The position numbers were made by a program, and so were the translations under genes. The notes beneath the pieces are model-generated. The model was not told the DNA's origin and searched no databases. It saw only the letters and a list, made by a program, of their open reading frames with translations. This document shows, one piece after another, positions 13,766-23,644 of a stretch of 64,000 nucleotides of DNA; position 1 is the first letter of the stretch, and every line of letters starts with the position of its first letter. Source of the DNA: Gammaproteobacteria bacterium (GTDB lineage: Bacteria; Pseudomonadota; Gammaproteobacteria; Eutrophobiales; Eutrophobiaceae); assembly GCA_965222155.1 (NCBI GenBank), contig CBDCTH010000012.1:2496001-2560000 (forward strand). The letters run 5' to 3'.

Positions 13766-14247
13766 CGTTCTCGACAGCGGACCTCTACGATGAACATGAA
13801 GGAAAGGTACAGGTGGTTAACGCCTTCCTGCAGAACTTCGGAGGAAAGAAACACTTTTTCGGCCCCATTTCAACGGTCAAGTGTCTTGAAGACAATTCCC
13901 TGGTGCGTGCGGCCCTGGAAGAGCCCGGTAGGGGACGCGTGCTGGTCGTTGACGGCGGCGCCTCAAACCGCTGTGCTTTGGTAGGAGATATGCTGGCAGA
14001 AATGGGCATGAAGAATGGCTGGGCCGGCTTGGTCATCTACGGCTGTATACGGGATTCTGCGGTCGTATCATCACTGGACATCGGCATAAAAGCCCTCGGC
14101 ACAAACCCTAGGAGAAGCGTTAAGAAGGGCGTCGGTGACCACGACATCACACTGAATTTTGCTGACGCGATCTTTACGCCGGGAGACTATCTCTACGCTG
14201 ATGAAGACGGCATTCTGCTCAGTCGAGCGAAGTTGCCATCATTGTAA
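13762..14247 (+). CDS. rraA: RraA / HMG-aldolase family protein
   Basis: STADLYD, EDNSLVR, VLVVDGG, GCIRDS, YADEDGI; ATGA overlap with glmU. Confidence 0.92.
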   Translation: MTFSTADLYDEHEGKVQVVNAFLQNFGGKKHFFGPISTVKCLEDNSLVRAALEEPGRGRVLVVDGGASNRCALVGDMLAEMGMKNGWAGLVIYGCIRDSAVVSSLDIGIKALGTNPRRSVKKGVGDHDITLNFADAIFTPGDYLYADEDGILLSRAKLPSL

Positions 14248-14267
14248 AATGGAGCCGATGTGATTTA

Positions 14268-14480
14268 TCAGGCAGATACTTCAAGATAGTTTGGGTAGCT
14301 ATGGGGCTCAGGTATGTCCTGAATTTCGATTGCTAATCCTTCCAGGTGAAATTCAATAGCCTCTTTCATGTTTTTTTCCACCTCATCTTTGGTTGTCCCC
14401 GTTGCTATACAACCATCAATATCCGGAGAGTAGGCTGAATATCCAGTATCAGTCTTTTCAACCACAACCAAATATTTCAT
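14268..14480 (-). CDS. HicB-family antitoxin
   Basis: YSAYSPDIDGCIATGTT..EAIEFHLEGL. Confidence 0.88.
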   Translation of the reverse strand: MKYLVVVEKTDTGYSAYSPDIDGCIATGTTKDEVEKNMKEAIEFHLEGLAIEIQDIPEPHSYPNYLEVSA

Positions 14481-14515
14481 TTCTTTAACTCCGCTTGTTT
14501 CAAAATGTTATGTAG
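14477..14515 (-). pseudogene. HicA toxin C-terminal remnant
   Basis: Reads LHNILKQAELKK* and overlaps the hicB start (ATGA); no intact upstream part. Confidence 0.55.
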
Positions 14516-14520
14516 CCGGT

Positions 14521-14634
14521 GATAAACAGAGCCGTTATGACTGGCTACATCGGACACTGGTTAAATTCACATCAGCTCAGGCTGTGGCAAACAAGGGGGT
14601 GCTGATGCGTTATCTGATGAAGGTGAGCGGGTAA
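14521..14634 (+). pseudogene. Fragment resembling the N-terminus of an integrase-core (IS481-like) transposase
   Basis: Reads DKQSRYDWLHRTLVKFTSAQAVANKGVLMRYLMKVSG*; recognised from memory only. Confidence 0.35.
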
Positions 14635-14641
14635 ACATCTC

Positions 14642-15058
14642 TCATTTGTCACTGTCTACTTTATCCTCCAGCAGTTCAACCCCTTCAAGTCGTGCTGCCT
14701 TCTGGTCGAAGGTATAAAGAGGATGCGCTTCTGATCGTTGGGTGGCTGCCAGAATCATCAGGTCGGCAAAACCTGCGACTTCCGAACGATAGCGGGAAGC
14801 CGCGCGTATCACGTCGGCAGCGGCCTCGACTACGAGACTGTCGGTTGTTACCAGTTGTTCCAACACTGTCGTGATCCGGTCACGAGAACATCTGTACGAC
14901 CGCTCCAGCACCCAGACAAGTTCGACGATGACCTCGCGACACACAAAGCCGGGACGTTCAACGGTGAGCGATTCCAGCAGCGTCCGCGCAGCCTCTGCCT
15001 GCTTCGCATCGTCGCGTACCAGGTAGCGAACCAGGACGTTGGTATCAAGCCCGATCAT
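14642..15058 (-). CDS. vapC: VapC PIN-domain toxin
   Basis: GLDTNVLVRYL, ELVWVL, FADLMI, YTFDQKA. Confidence 0.92.
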   Translation of the reverse strand: MIGLDTNVLVRYLVRDDAKQAEAARTLLESLTVERPGFVCREVIVELVWVLERSYRCSRDRITTVLEQLVTTDSLVVEAAADVIRAASRYRSEVAGFADLMILAATQRSEAHPLYTFDQKAARLEGVELLEDKVDSDK

Positions 15059-15287
15059 TTTCGCAGGACCCGCTGATTACAGCCTGCTCCATCTCATCCA
15101 GCGTGACAGCAGGACCGGTATGCTGCAACACGCCGAACAACCTGTTGACCGGACAAACCGACAAAATCCGCACATCGTCATCAAAAATGACGTAGCGCAC
15201 CCGGTCTCCGGCCTGCACTCCAAGAGCATCCCGAACAACTTTGGGCAGAGTTGTCTGGCCTTTGCTGGTAATAACAGATTCAATCAT
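15045..15287 (-). CDS. AbrB/MazE-family antitoxin (VapB)
   Basis: ITSKGQTTLPKVVRDALGVQAGDRV; overlaps vapC. Confidence 0.88.
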   Translation of the reverse strand: MIESVITSKGQTTLPKVVRDALGVQAGDRVRYVIFDDDVRILSVCPVNRLFGVLQHTGPAVTLDEMEQAVISGSCENDRA

Positions 15288-15545
15288 AGCAATCTCTCTT
15301 TTTTCATTACAAAAAACCATAATGCCTTACTAATTATTAAGTCACAAGGAGAAATCGACAATTTAAAGATAATATACGATTGTATCCGTATGCCATATTT
15401 CATGGTTGTCCCGGATTATCTTTTTCCCTATAATAGGCTGTTTTACCTTACTTTTTATGAACATACAAGGAGATATAAAAAATAAAAAAATGGGCGGGAG
15501 ATAAGGACTTTTATCACCTCCTTATTTTTCTCCCAGTGCCTCAAT

Positions 15546-15678
15546 GTCATTCCCGCTCAATCGGAGTAGTGGCACAGGAATGTGCCGTTTTTGGATTAAA
15601 GGACGGAAATCCAGTTAAAATTATTCTTTGTGATAAGGAAGGTTTGCTTACTGGATTCCAGCTTTCGCTGGAATAACG
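15546..15678. repeat. Composite REP-like element
   Basis: GTCATTCCCG...GGAAATCCAG ... CTGGATTCCAGCTTTCGCTGGAATAAC; same layout as 54725-54816. Confidence 0.6.
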
Positions 15679-15745
15679 GAGGGTCTTTGGATTTAAACAG
15701 CAAGATTCGGGTGGATGGGTTGAGTGATTAACTTATACTTGTTTC

Positions 15746-16645
15746 ATGAAAACCGTTTCCCCTTCAGGTTCGGCAAGTGATTACGAACGTATTGCCAAGG
15801 CGATAGCCTTTATCCGGGATAACGCCAGGCTGCAACCCTCTCTTGAGCAGATTGCGTCCCAGGTCGGATTGAGTCCCTGGCATTTCCAGAGGAAATTCAA
15901 GGCCTGGGCGGGAGTCAGTCCCAAACGATTCCTGGAGTTTCTGACCGTGCAGCATGCCAAGGAATTGCTGGATAAATCGGTCGCTGTTCTTGATACCGCG
16001 TTTGATCTGGGGTTGTCCGGACCGGGTCGGCTGCATGAACAGTTCGTTGCCATCGAGGCAGTTACCCCCGGTCAATACAAGCAATTCGGCAGCGGGTTAA
16101 AGATATATCATGGCATTCATCACAGTCCGTTTGGGTTGATGTTGCTGGCGTTGACCGATAAAGGGATATGTGAACTAGCATTCGGATCAGAGGAGATACT
16201 CACCCAGGAAGTAAAAGGCCTCTGGCAGCGCTGGCCTGCCGCACAGATTTTCCATGATCCGCAACGTACCGCCCCCATCGCTGACAGGATATTCAGCCCG
16301 CGTACCCGGATGCAAACCGGGCGCCAAGCTGGATTTAACCTGCTGGTTAAAGGGACGAATTTCCAGGTTAACGTCTGGCGCGCGCTGCTCAGGATCCCGG
16401 AGGGCAGTCTTATATCTTATAAACAGTTGGCGCAATTAACCGGCAATCCGGCAGCCATAAGAGCAACCGCCTCTGCAGTGGGCGCCAACCCTGTCTCTTA
16501 CCTGATACCCTGTCACCGCATTCTCCGCTCATCGGGGGAACTGGGCGGTTATCATTGGGGAATAGAGCGCAAAAGAGCAATCATCGCCTGGGATTCGGCA
16601 CTTGCCGAAGCCGCCGCCGGCGGTCATTGTGAGATGATCGTGTAG
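15746..16645 (+). CDS. AraC-HTH / O6-methylguanine-DNA methyltransferase (Ada-like, lacking the N-terminal Zn domain)
   Basis: SPWHFQRKFKAWAGVSPK, GTNFQVNVW, IPCHRI active-site motif. Confidence 0.92.
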   Translation: MKTVSPSGSASDYERIAKAIAFIRDNARLQPSLEQIASQVGLSPWHFQRKFKAWAGVSPKRFLEFLTVQHAKELLDKSVAVLDTAFDLGLSGPGRLHEQFVAIEAVTPGQYKQFGSGLKIYHGIHHSPFGLMLLALTDKGICELAFGSEEILTQEVKGLWQRWPAAQIFHDPQRTAPIADRIFSPRTRMQTGRQAGFNLLVKGTNFQVNVWRALLRIPEGSLISYKQLAQLTGNPAAIRATASAVGANPVSYLIPCHRILRSSGELGGYHWGIERKRAIIAWDSALAEAAAGGHCEMIV

Positions 16646-16671
16646 AATAGCCGCTTGTTGATTCGTATCAT

Positions 16672-16724
16672 ATATTTGGGGTCAGTGTAAAAACGCACAG
16701 GGTTTTTACACTGACCCCAAATAT
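16672..16724. repeat. Long perfect hairpin (GGGGTCAG-type REP-like palindrome, possible bidirectional terminator)
   Basis: ATATTTGGGGTCAGTGTAAAAAC-loop-GTTTTTACACTGACCCCAAATAT. Confidence 0.8.
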
Positions 16725-16752
16725 TAAAAGTGGGATAGAGGAGGAAAGACAG

Positions 16753-17484
16753 TTGAAACTGACGTTTGTACTGGTGCATGGATCCATGCACGACGGTTCC
16801 TGCTGGGACCAGGTGATTGCAGAACTCAACCGGCAGGGCCATGTCGCTTATGCGCCGACCATGGCCGGTCATGGTGAGGATGCCGGCAATTTTTTCACCC
16901 AGGCGGATTGTGTGAAGTCCGTGGTTGACTACATCCTCGACAAAGACATCCACGACTTCATCCTGGCGGGTCACAGCTTTGCCGGGATCGTCATCCCCAA
17001 CGTTGCCGAGCAGTTATCCGACCGGGTCAACCGGGTGGTCTTCCAGAACGCCATGGTGATGGAAGACGGGGAATGCATTTATGACGTTATCCCTCCCGGT
17101 TATCAGCAAATGTTTGACGCGCTCATCAAAAAAGACGGTGAAAACGCCAACTGGTTATTATCCTTCGAATTATTTCGTGAAAGGTTTATCAATGATGCGG
17201 ACCTGGAGACAGCCAAAGAGGTCTTTGCCAGGCTGCGCCCGGTCTGCGTTTATTCCCAGAAGGAAAATATCCGGATGCAGGGCTTTCAAAGACTACAGAT
17301 CCCCAGGAGCTACATCAACTTCACCGATGACACAGTCCTGCCCCATGGAGACTATGCCTGGTATCCCCGCATGGCGGAGCGCCTGGGTTTATGCAGGTTG
17401 GTGCAAAAGCCGGGCAGCCATGAAGTCTGCTACACCAACCCGAAAATCCTGGCCGAGGCGTTGATTGAGGCGGGCAGGCCATAA
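16753..17484 (+). CDS. Alpha/beta hydrolase (salicylate esterase-like)
   Basis: FVLVHG, GHSFAG nucleophile motif, PGSHE. Confidence 0.88.
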   Translation: MKLTFVLVHGSMHDGSCWDQVIAELNRQGHVAYAPTMAGHGEDAGNFFTQADCVKSVVDYILDKDIHDFILAGHSFAGIVIPNVAEQLSDRVNRVVFQNAMVMEDGECIYDVIPPGYQQMFDALIKKDGENANWLLSFELFRERFINDADLETAKEVFARLRPVCVYSQKENIRMQGFQRLQIPRSYINFTDDTVLPHGDYAWYPRMAERLGLCRLVQKPGSHEVCYTNPKILAEALIEAGRP

Positions 17485-17564
17485 ACATGCCTGCGGGCAC
17501 ACATTTATGCTAAATTGTAAAGCTGGTTCAAATTCCGAAAGTAACCGCTTCCTGAAGAAGGGTA

Positions 17565-18227
17565 ATGTCGAGAAACTATAAGAAAACCAGGAACAGCTCC
17601 AAGCGGGAACGGGCCTTTGTGGCCGGAAATATCCTGGCCTTTCTTTCCGGGTTATCAATCGGTTTACTGGTCGCGTTTATTGTCTTTATCCGTTACCAGT
17701 TGGTTGAGCCTGATCCGACCGGTGATGTCACCAGTCCTGCTAAAGACAGCCAGGTACAAACCGACGAGCAGCAACTGGAACTCAAATTTACTTTTTACGA
17801 TACGCTGCGTAACAAGAAGGTCAATATCTCTGAGTGGGTTGCCGGTGAAAAGGAGAGATGGGAAGGTGATGATGACAAGAAAATAGACGAAACCCGGGAG
17901 CGGGACGCGAGTCAGGAGAGTGATGAGAACCAGGGGCAGTTGGCAGAGCGAAAACGCGATGTAAAAGATGGCGTATTTGGTTACATACTCCAGGTGGGTT
18001 CATTCAGGGATTTCAATTCCGCAGATCAAGTCAAGGCCGAACTTGCTTTACTGGGTATTTTTGCCGATATCCAACGGGTTATGCTCAATGGGCAGGACGT
18101 TCGTCATCGGGTTCGACTCGGGCCGTACAAGAGCATAGACGAGATGAAAGAGATCAGCAGCAGACTGGAAGACAATCAGATAGAATTCATGCTGTTGGAA
18201 CTGCGCGCGGAAGAGGATACAACCTGA
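17565..18227 (+). CDS. SPOR-domain cell division protein (FtsN-like)
   Basis: N-terminal TM, FTFYDTL, LQVGSF...RVRLGPY. Confidence 0.88.
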   Translation: MSRNYKKTRNSSKRERAFVAGNILAFLSGLSIGLLVAFIVFIRYQLVEPDPTGDVTSPAKDSQVQTDEQQLELKFTFYDTLRNKKVNISEWVAGEKERWEGDDDKKIDETRERDASQESDENQGQLAERKRDVKDGVFGYILQVGSFRDFNSADQVKAELALLGIFADIQRVMLNGQDVRHRVRLGPYKSIDEMKEISSRLEDNQIEFMLLELRAEEDTT

Positions 18228-18249
18228 TCATTCACTGATTACTCGTAAA

Positions 18250-18274
18250 GGGGACGGATTTCAAATCCGTCCCC
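18250..18274. repeat. Hairpin between convergent genes (terminator or REP-like)
   Basis: GGGGACGGATTT-C-AAATCCGTCCCC. Confidence 0.65.
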
Positions 18275-18296
18275 GGATACTATGGGAACCGATGGC

Positions 18297-20498
18297 TCAT
18301 AACATATCCTGGGGGTCAATATCCAAAGACCATCTTGTCCGGTTTGCTCCCGGTATGGATTCCAGTAACCGGCACCACTGCGCCATCGCTTTCCTCAGTA
18401 CATTCCTGTTCCCGGACTGGATAAGTAACTGATTACGATAGCGCCCTCTTCTCTTTTCTATAGGCGCGTTGACAGGCCCGAATATTCTCAGGTCGGCACT
18501 GTATTGTTTCAGACGGTTCCGGGCCTCATGCAGAAATTTCTCTGCGGCTTCACGGCCGGCGGCCTCAGCTCCCAGTAAGGCGAGGTAGGAATAAGGCGGC
18601 AGTTGCGCCTTCTTTCGTTCAGCAAGCAACAGGCCGGCAAACTGGTCATAACCCTGTGCCACCAGGGTTTGCAGCAACGGATGTTCGGGGAAATGGGTCT
18701 GGATGAAAACGACGCCCGGCCGATCTTCCCGTCCTGCCCTGCCGCTCACTTGAACGATCAACTGGGCCAGGCGCTCACTGGCGCGAAAATCGGTGCTCAG
18801 GAGGCCCGCGTCCGCATCGATAATCCCCACCAGCGTCAACCTTGGGAAGTGATGACCTTTGGCAAGCATCTGAGTCCCGATCAATATGTCGGCTTTACCC
18901 GTTGTAATCTCTTTTATCATCCTCTCCATCGACCCCTTGCGGCGAGTGCTGTCGCGGTCTATACGCAGTATCCTCGCATCGGGGAAATGTTCGGTGAGGG
19001 TCTGGTCCAGGCGCTGGGTGCCGTGGCCTACTTCAATAAGTTCCGCCTCGTCACAACTCGGACACTTGGCAGGCAACACCCGGCGCGCATCACAGTGATG
19101 ACAAATCAACTTGCTTTTATCTTTATGGTAGGTCATCTTGACACTGCAATGCCCGCATTCGGCGTACCAGCCGCAACTGTGGCAGAGAATGACCGGCGCA
19201 TAGCCTCTCCGGTTCAAAAATAACAGCACCTGATTGTTTTTTTCCAGGGTGATGGCAATCTCATCAAGTAAAGTCTTCGATACGGCGCCGGAGACAGGTT
19301 CATTGCGGAGATTTATGAAGCGGATTTCCGGTGATCTGGCCCCGGACGCCCGCGTCGGCAGGCGTTGTTCTCCATATTTCCGGCTTCTTATATTCTTTAA
19401 AGTCTCCAGTGAGGGAGTAGCAGAACCCAGCACCACCGGCACGTTGTCTAACTTGCCCCGAACAATGGCGATGTCCTTGGCCGAATAACGAAACCCGCTT
19501 TCCTGTTTGTATGACGGATCGTGTTCCTCATCGACTACATATACCCCTGGTGATTTGAGTGGCGTCCAGATCGCTGAACGGGTCCCGATAATTACCGCGG
19601 CTTCGCCGTTTCTCGCGGCCAGCCAGTTGCGCAAGCGTTCCGTTTCATTCAACGCGGAATGCTGTACCCTGATATCGACAGGCAAGCGCCGTTTAAGTCG
19701 ATCAATGAACTGCGTCGTCAAACCGATTTCCGGCACCAGGATCAAGGCTTGCCTGTTCTGCTCAACCACTCGTCTGACGGCTTCAATATAGACTTCGGTC
19801 TTGCCACTGCCGGTAATCCCCTGCAAAACGTGGGTGCGATGGGCATCCATCTTCGCCGTGATTGAGTTGATCGCCTGGATTTGCCGCTGATTTAATGCAA
19901 ACCCCCTGTCCTCCGTCTCAGTGGCAACGGGGCCGGAAACTCCGGCTTTGAGGCGCCTGACCAGCCCTTTTTCAAGCAGCGCTTTCAGCGGTTTGGCATA
20001 CCGGGTCTGTCTGGTTCTCAGTTCCTGCCGGGTTAATCCTCCCGGATAGGTGCGCAAAATCCGCAACAATGATTTTTGTGCAGGAGCGTTATTTCCCGGA
20101 TCTGTCTTTCTCCCCTCGGCACTGACCCTGAATATTTCGTCATAACCTCTTTCAACCGACTTGCCCTTGCGCAACAGGCCGGGGAGAGTGCTGAACAACA
20201 CCTCGCCGACAGGATAATGGTAATAGTCGGCGGCCCAGCACAGTAACTCAAAATGACGTGGAGAGAACAGCGGTTCGTAATCAATGACTTTACTGACGGA
20301 CTTGAGCTGTTCGGGTTGCAGGGGAGTTTGATCGACGACACCGAGAACCATACCGACCTGCTCTTTACGCCGTCCGAACGGCACGCTTACCCGCGTCCCC
20401 GGAAGAAACTCGACCTGCCTGAAATTCTCGCCGATTACATAGTCATAATGCCGGCGTAACGGCACCGGTAACGCCACCTGTAAAAATCGATTTTTCAC
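18297..20498 (-). CDS. priA: Primosomal protein N'
   Basis: GITGSGKTEVY, DEEHD, LNRRGY, Zn-binding CxxC pairs, GTQMLAKGHHFP. Confidence 0.98.
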   Translation of the reverse strand: MKNRFLQVALPVPLRRHYDYVIGENFRQVEFLPGTRVSVPFGRRKEQVGMVLGVVDQTPLQPEQLKSVSKVIDYEPLFSPRHFELLCWAADYYHYPVGEVLFSTLPGLLRKGKSVERGYDEIFRVSAEGRKTDPGNNAPAQKSLLRILRTYPGGLTRQELRTRQTRYAKPLKALLEKGLVRRLKAGVSGPVATETEDRGFALNQRQIQAINSITAKMDAHRTHVLQGITGSGKTEVYIEAVRRVVEQNRQALILVPEIGLTTQFIDRLKRRLPVDIRVQHSALNETERLRNWLAARNGEAAVIIGTRSAIWTPLKSPGVYVVDEEHDPSYKQESGFRYSAKDIAIVRGKLDNVPVVLGSATPSLETLKNIRSRKYGEQRLPTRASGARSPEIRFINLRNEPVSGAVSKTLLDEIAITLEKNNQVLLFLNRRGYAPVILCHSCGWYAECGHCSVKMTYHKDKSKLICHHCDARRVLPAKCPSCDEAELIEVGHGTQRLDQTLTEHFPDARILRIDRDSTRRKGSMERMIKEITTGKADILIGTQMLAKGHHFPRLTLVGIIDADAGLLSTDFRASERLAQLIVQVSGRAGREDRPGVVFIQTHFPEHPLLQTLVAQGYDQFAGLLLAERKKAQLPPYSYLALLGAEAAGREAAEKFLHEARNRLKQYSADLRIFGPVNAPIEKRRGRYRNQLLIQSGNRNVLRKAMAQWCRLLESIPGANRTRWSLDIDPQDML

Positions 20499-20502
20499 TA
20501 AT

Positions 20503-22929
20503 TCAGAAAAGCCGGCCGGGTAACTCGGTTGTTTTCGAGGTGGTATCGTAGGGGATCAGCAACTTGCTACATTCGTTGGCATCAGGTAACCGGTCAGCCA
20601 TAAAGACCTCAAATTCCGCATTGCTATCGTCTGTGTTTGCCGGACAACCCGTTTCCTTGTTAATCCTGATGTTGACAATATCCGCAGGCCGGGCTGCCGG
20701 CTTAACCGGTATGCCCGCTAAAGCGGTGCGCATATACTCAATCCAAATCGATAAGGCTGTAATGCCCCCGACTTCACCCTGTCCCATAGGCGTGAAGTCG
20801 TCAAAACCTACCCAGATAACGGCAACGACAGATGGATTAAACCCGGCAAACCAGGCATCACGTTGCTCATTTGTAGTGCCCGTCTTCCCGGAGAGGTCAT
20901 CCCTTTTCAATTCCCGGTAAGCCCTTGCGCCGGTGCCGCGCCGGATCACGTCACGGGTAAGTTCGTTCATGATCCAGATGTTTTGCGGACTTACCACTCG
21001 CGCAGCAATATTTTTACTGACCGGGATGGCATCGGCTGTTTCGGTTTCCTCCACCGCGCCGGGTGTTGTTACGTCCATCTCATCTGCACCGTTGTCAGGA
21101 CAATCGGGACATACGGTAACGGGATTCGCCTGAAATAACAGGTCTCCCGTATAAGTCTCAATCTGTTTGATGAAGAACGGCTCCACGCGGTAACCGCCGT
21201 TGGCGAACACTGTGTAAGAACTGGCTAGTTGCCAGGGGGTAATTGCGCCGCTGCCCAGGGCCAGGGAGAGATTTTTGGGCAACTCGTCAATATCAAAACC
21301 GAATTTAGCTACATGCCGGAGCGCACTACGCACACCCATGGCGTGCAGCAGGCGGATGGACACGAGGTTTCTTGAGCGGCGCAATGCCTCCCTCAATCGG
21401 GTTGGGCCAAATGTCCTGCCGCTGTAATTTTCAGGGCGCCATTTATCTTCAATACTGGGATCGTCGTAAACGATAGGTGCATCATTGATGATGCTGGCCG
21501 GCGTGAAGCCGTGTTCCAATGCAGCCGAGTAGATAAACGGTTTGAAGCTCGATCCCGGCTGGCGTTCGGCCTGGGTGATACGGTTGAACTTACTGCGATA
21601 AAAATCAAAGCCACCGACCAGGGCCAGGGTGGCGCCGTTTTGCGGGTCCAATGAGACCAGACCACCTTCTATAGTGGGTATCTGTGCCAGACGCCACTCA
21701 GCATCGGCACCCTCTCTTACCCTGACGATATCACCAACCTTGACGACATCGCCGGCATTCCTGGGCGCGGGTCCCCTCCGATTTTCATTTATATACCTGC
21801 GCGCCCAACTCATGCCATTCCATTTTATCTCGATTAAACCAGTGCCGGTGAGCCAGGCCGACGCGGAAAAATCGTTCACCTCGGTAATCAACGCCGGCAA
21901 CAGGCTACCGATGGCGGAATACGAGTCCAGCAATTGATCCCATGCCTCACCACCATCATCCTGGTCCAGTTCAAAATTGCGCTCAGGACCGCGATAGCCG
22001 TGTCTTTGATCATATTGCAGCAGGGCCAGGTTATGGGCGCGATTCGCGGCAAGCTGGAGTGTGTCACGCACGGTTGTCGTGACCTTGTAGCCGACACTGT
22101 AGGCATCGTCACCGTACTCTTCGACCATGTGCTTGCGCACCATTTCGGCAACATAGGGGGCCTCCATGTCAATACCTGGACTGTGCAGTGACGCGCTGAC
22201 CGGCGCGCTGACAGCCGCCTGGAAATGGACCTGATCAATGTAATCGAGTTCGAGCATACGCCGCAGCACGTAAGCCCGGCGTTTGACCGCCAGTTCAGGA
22301 TCGGTTACCGGATTCGTTCTTGAGGGTGCTTTCGGCAAGCCCGCTAACATCGCGTATTGCGCCAAGTTCAGGTCTGATATATCAGCGCCGTAATAAACCT
22401 GGGCAGCGGCGCCCACACCATACGCGCGTTGACCCAGATAGATTTTATTCAGGTAAAGTTCCAGAATTTCGTTCTTGGTCAGCTCTCTCTCTATCTTGAA
22501 TGACAGGAAAATTTCATTCAGTTTTCTCATGTAAGATTTTTCCCGGGACAGGAAAAAATTGCGGGCAACCTGCATTGTGATAGTACTGCCACCCTGTTTT
22601 TTCTCCCCGGTCCTGATCAGGGAGATAGCGGCTCGCACCAGGCCCTGCCAATCCACTCCCGGATGGATGAAGAATCGATCATCTTCAGCCGCGATAAAGG
22701 CCTGGATCAACTGTTCCGGAACCTCGTCAATCAAAACCGGGGCGCGTCGCTTCTCACCGAATTCCGCGATCAGTGATCCCTCCTGACTGTAGACGCGCAA
22801 GGGAACCTGCATACGTACATCGCGCAACACATCGATATCCGGCAGATTGGAAATAATAAAAAAGATCGCCGTGGTGATGCCAATGATAAAAACCACCACC
22901 AACGCTTTGAATAAGGACATCGCCCGCAT
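20503..22929 (-). CDS. mrcA: Penicillin-binding protein 1A
   Basis: EDDRF, GGSTITMQVARN, SSFK (SxxK), SRN, KTG. Confidence 0.96.
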   Translation of the reverse strand: MRAMSLFKALVVVFIIGITTAIFFIISNLPDIDVLRDVRMQVPLRVYSQEGSLIAEFGEKRRAPVLIDEVPEQLIQAFIAAEDDRFFIHPGVDWQGLVRAAISLIRTGEKKQGGSTITMQVARNFFLSREKSYMRKLNEIFLSFKIERELTKNEILELYLNKIYLGQRAYGVGAAAQVYYGADISDLNLAQYAMLAGLPKAPSRTNPVTDPELAVKRRAYVLRRMLELDYIDQVHFQAAVSAPVSASLHSPGIDMEAPYVAEMVRKHMVEEYGDDAYSVGYKVTTTVRDTLQLAANRAHNLALLQYDQRHGYRGPERNFELDQDDGGEAWDQLLDSYSAIGSLLPALITEVNDFSASAWLTGTGLIEIKWNGMSWARRYINENRRGPAPRNAGDVVKVGDIVRVREGADAEWRLAQIPTIEGGLVSLDPQNGATLALVGGFDFYRSKFNRITQAERQPGSSFKPFIYSAALEHGFTPASIINDAPIVYDDPSIEDKWRPENYSGRTFGPTRLREALRRSRNLVSIRLLHAMGVRSALRHVAKFGFDIDELPKNLSLALGSGAITPWQLASSYTVFANGGYRVEPFFIKQIETYTGDLLFQANPVTVCPDCPDNGADEMDVTTPGAVEETETADAIPVSKNIAARVVSPQNIWIMNELTRDVIRRGTGARAYRELKRDDLSGKTGTTNEQRDAWFAGFNPSVVAVIWVGFDDFTPMGQGEVGGITALSIWIEYMRTALAGIPVKPAARPADIVNIRINKETGCPANTDDSNAEFEVFMADRLPDANECSKLLIPYDTTSKTTELPGRLF

Positions 22930-22934
22930 ATTAT

Positions 22935-23063
22935 CTAGACCGGATTTCTCACCAGTTCGCTTGTTGCCATCTGATATGTGATTGCTGTCAATAAGTTATG
23001 GTAATCTATTCATTATGTCGTCACAACATAGCTGCGCATCAACTGGTGAGAAATCCGGTCTAG
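22935..23063. mobile_element. Short MITE, same family as 11418-11790
   Basis: Perfect 23-bp IR CTAGACCGGATTTCTCACCAGTT ... AACTGGTGAGAAATCCGGTCTAG; internal sequence similar to the ends of the atpD-atpC element. Confidence 0.85.
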
Positions 23064-23131
23064 TGTAATAGATTTATTTACGGGACATACTGTTTTAACC
23101 CGCACGCGCCTGAATGCAGATAAAATTGAAG

Positions 23132-23644
23132 ATGACCGATAACATCTTTCTCATCGGCCTGATGGGTGCAGGCAAATCCACTATCGGCAGGCAACTGGCG
23201 CGGGAACTGGACAAAGATTTCCGGGATTCCGACAGTGAAATTGAAAAAAGGACCGGAGTTAACATTGATGTGATATTTGACATAGAAGGGGAGCAAGGGT
23301 TCCGCCGGCGAGAAACCGGTATGCTGAAGGAACTGGTGGAGGAACGCGGGATCGTGCTGGCTGCCGGTGGCGGGGCAGTGCTGGCTGTCGAAAACCAGCA
23401 ATTACTCAAAGATAACGGACAGATCATTTATCTTCGGGCATCAGCGGAACACCTGGCTGGCCGGGTCAGGCTGGACCGTAGACGTCCGTTGCTCCAATCC
23501 GGTGATAAACTGGAAAAGATTGGTGACCTGCTGGCCCAGAGAGAACCGATTTATCAAAAATTGGCGGACCTGGTCGTTGAGACCAGTAACAGGAGTGTGC
23601 CGGGTGTCGTCAGAGAGATAAGCAGGATGGTAAAACAGGCATGA
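23132..23644 (+). CDS. aroK: Shikimate kinase
   Basis: GLMGAGKSTIG, EGEQGFRRRE, RPLL. Confidence 0.97.
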   Translation: MTDNIFLIGLMGAGKSTIGRQLARELDKDFRDSDSEIEKRTGVNIDVIFDIEGEQGFRRRETGMLKELVEERGIVLAAGGGAVLAVENQQLLKDNGQIIYLRASAEHLAGRVRLDRRRPLLQSGDKLEKIGDLLAQREPIYQKLADLVVETSNRSVPGVVREISRMVKQA

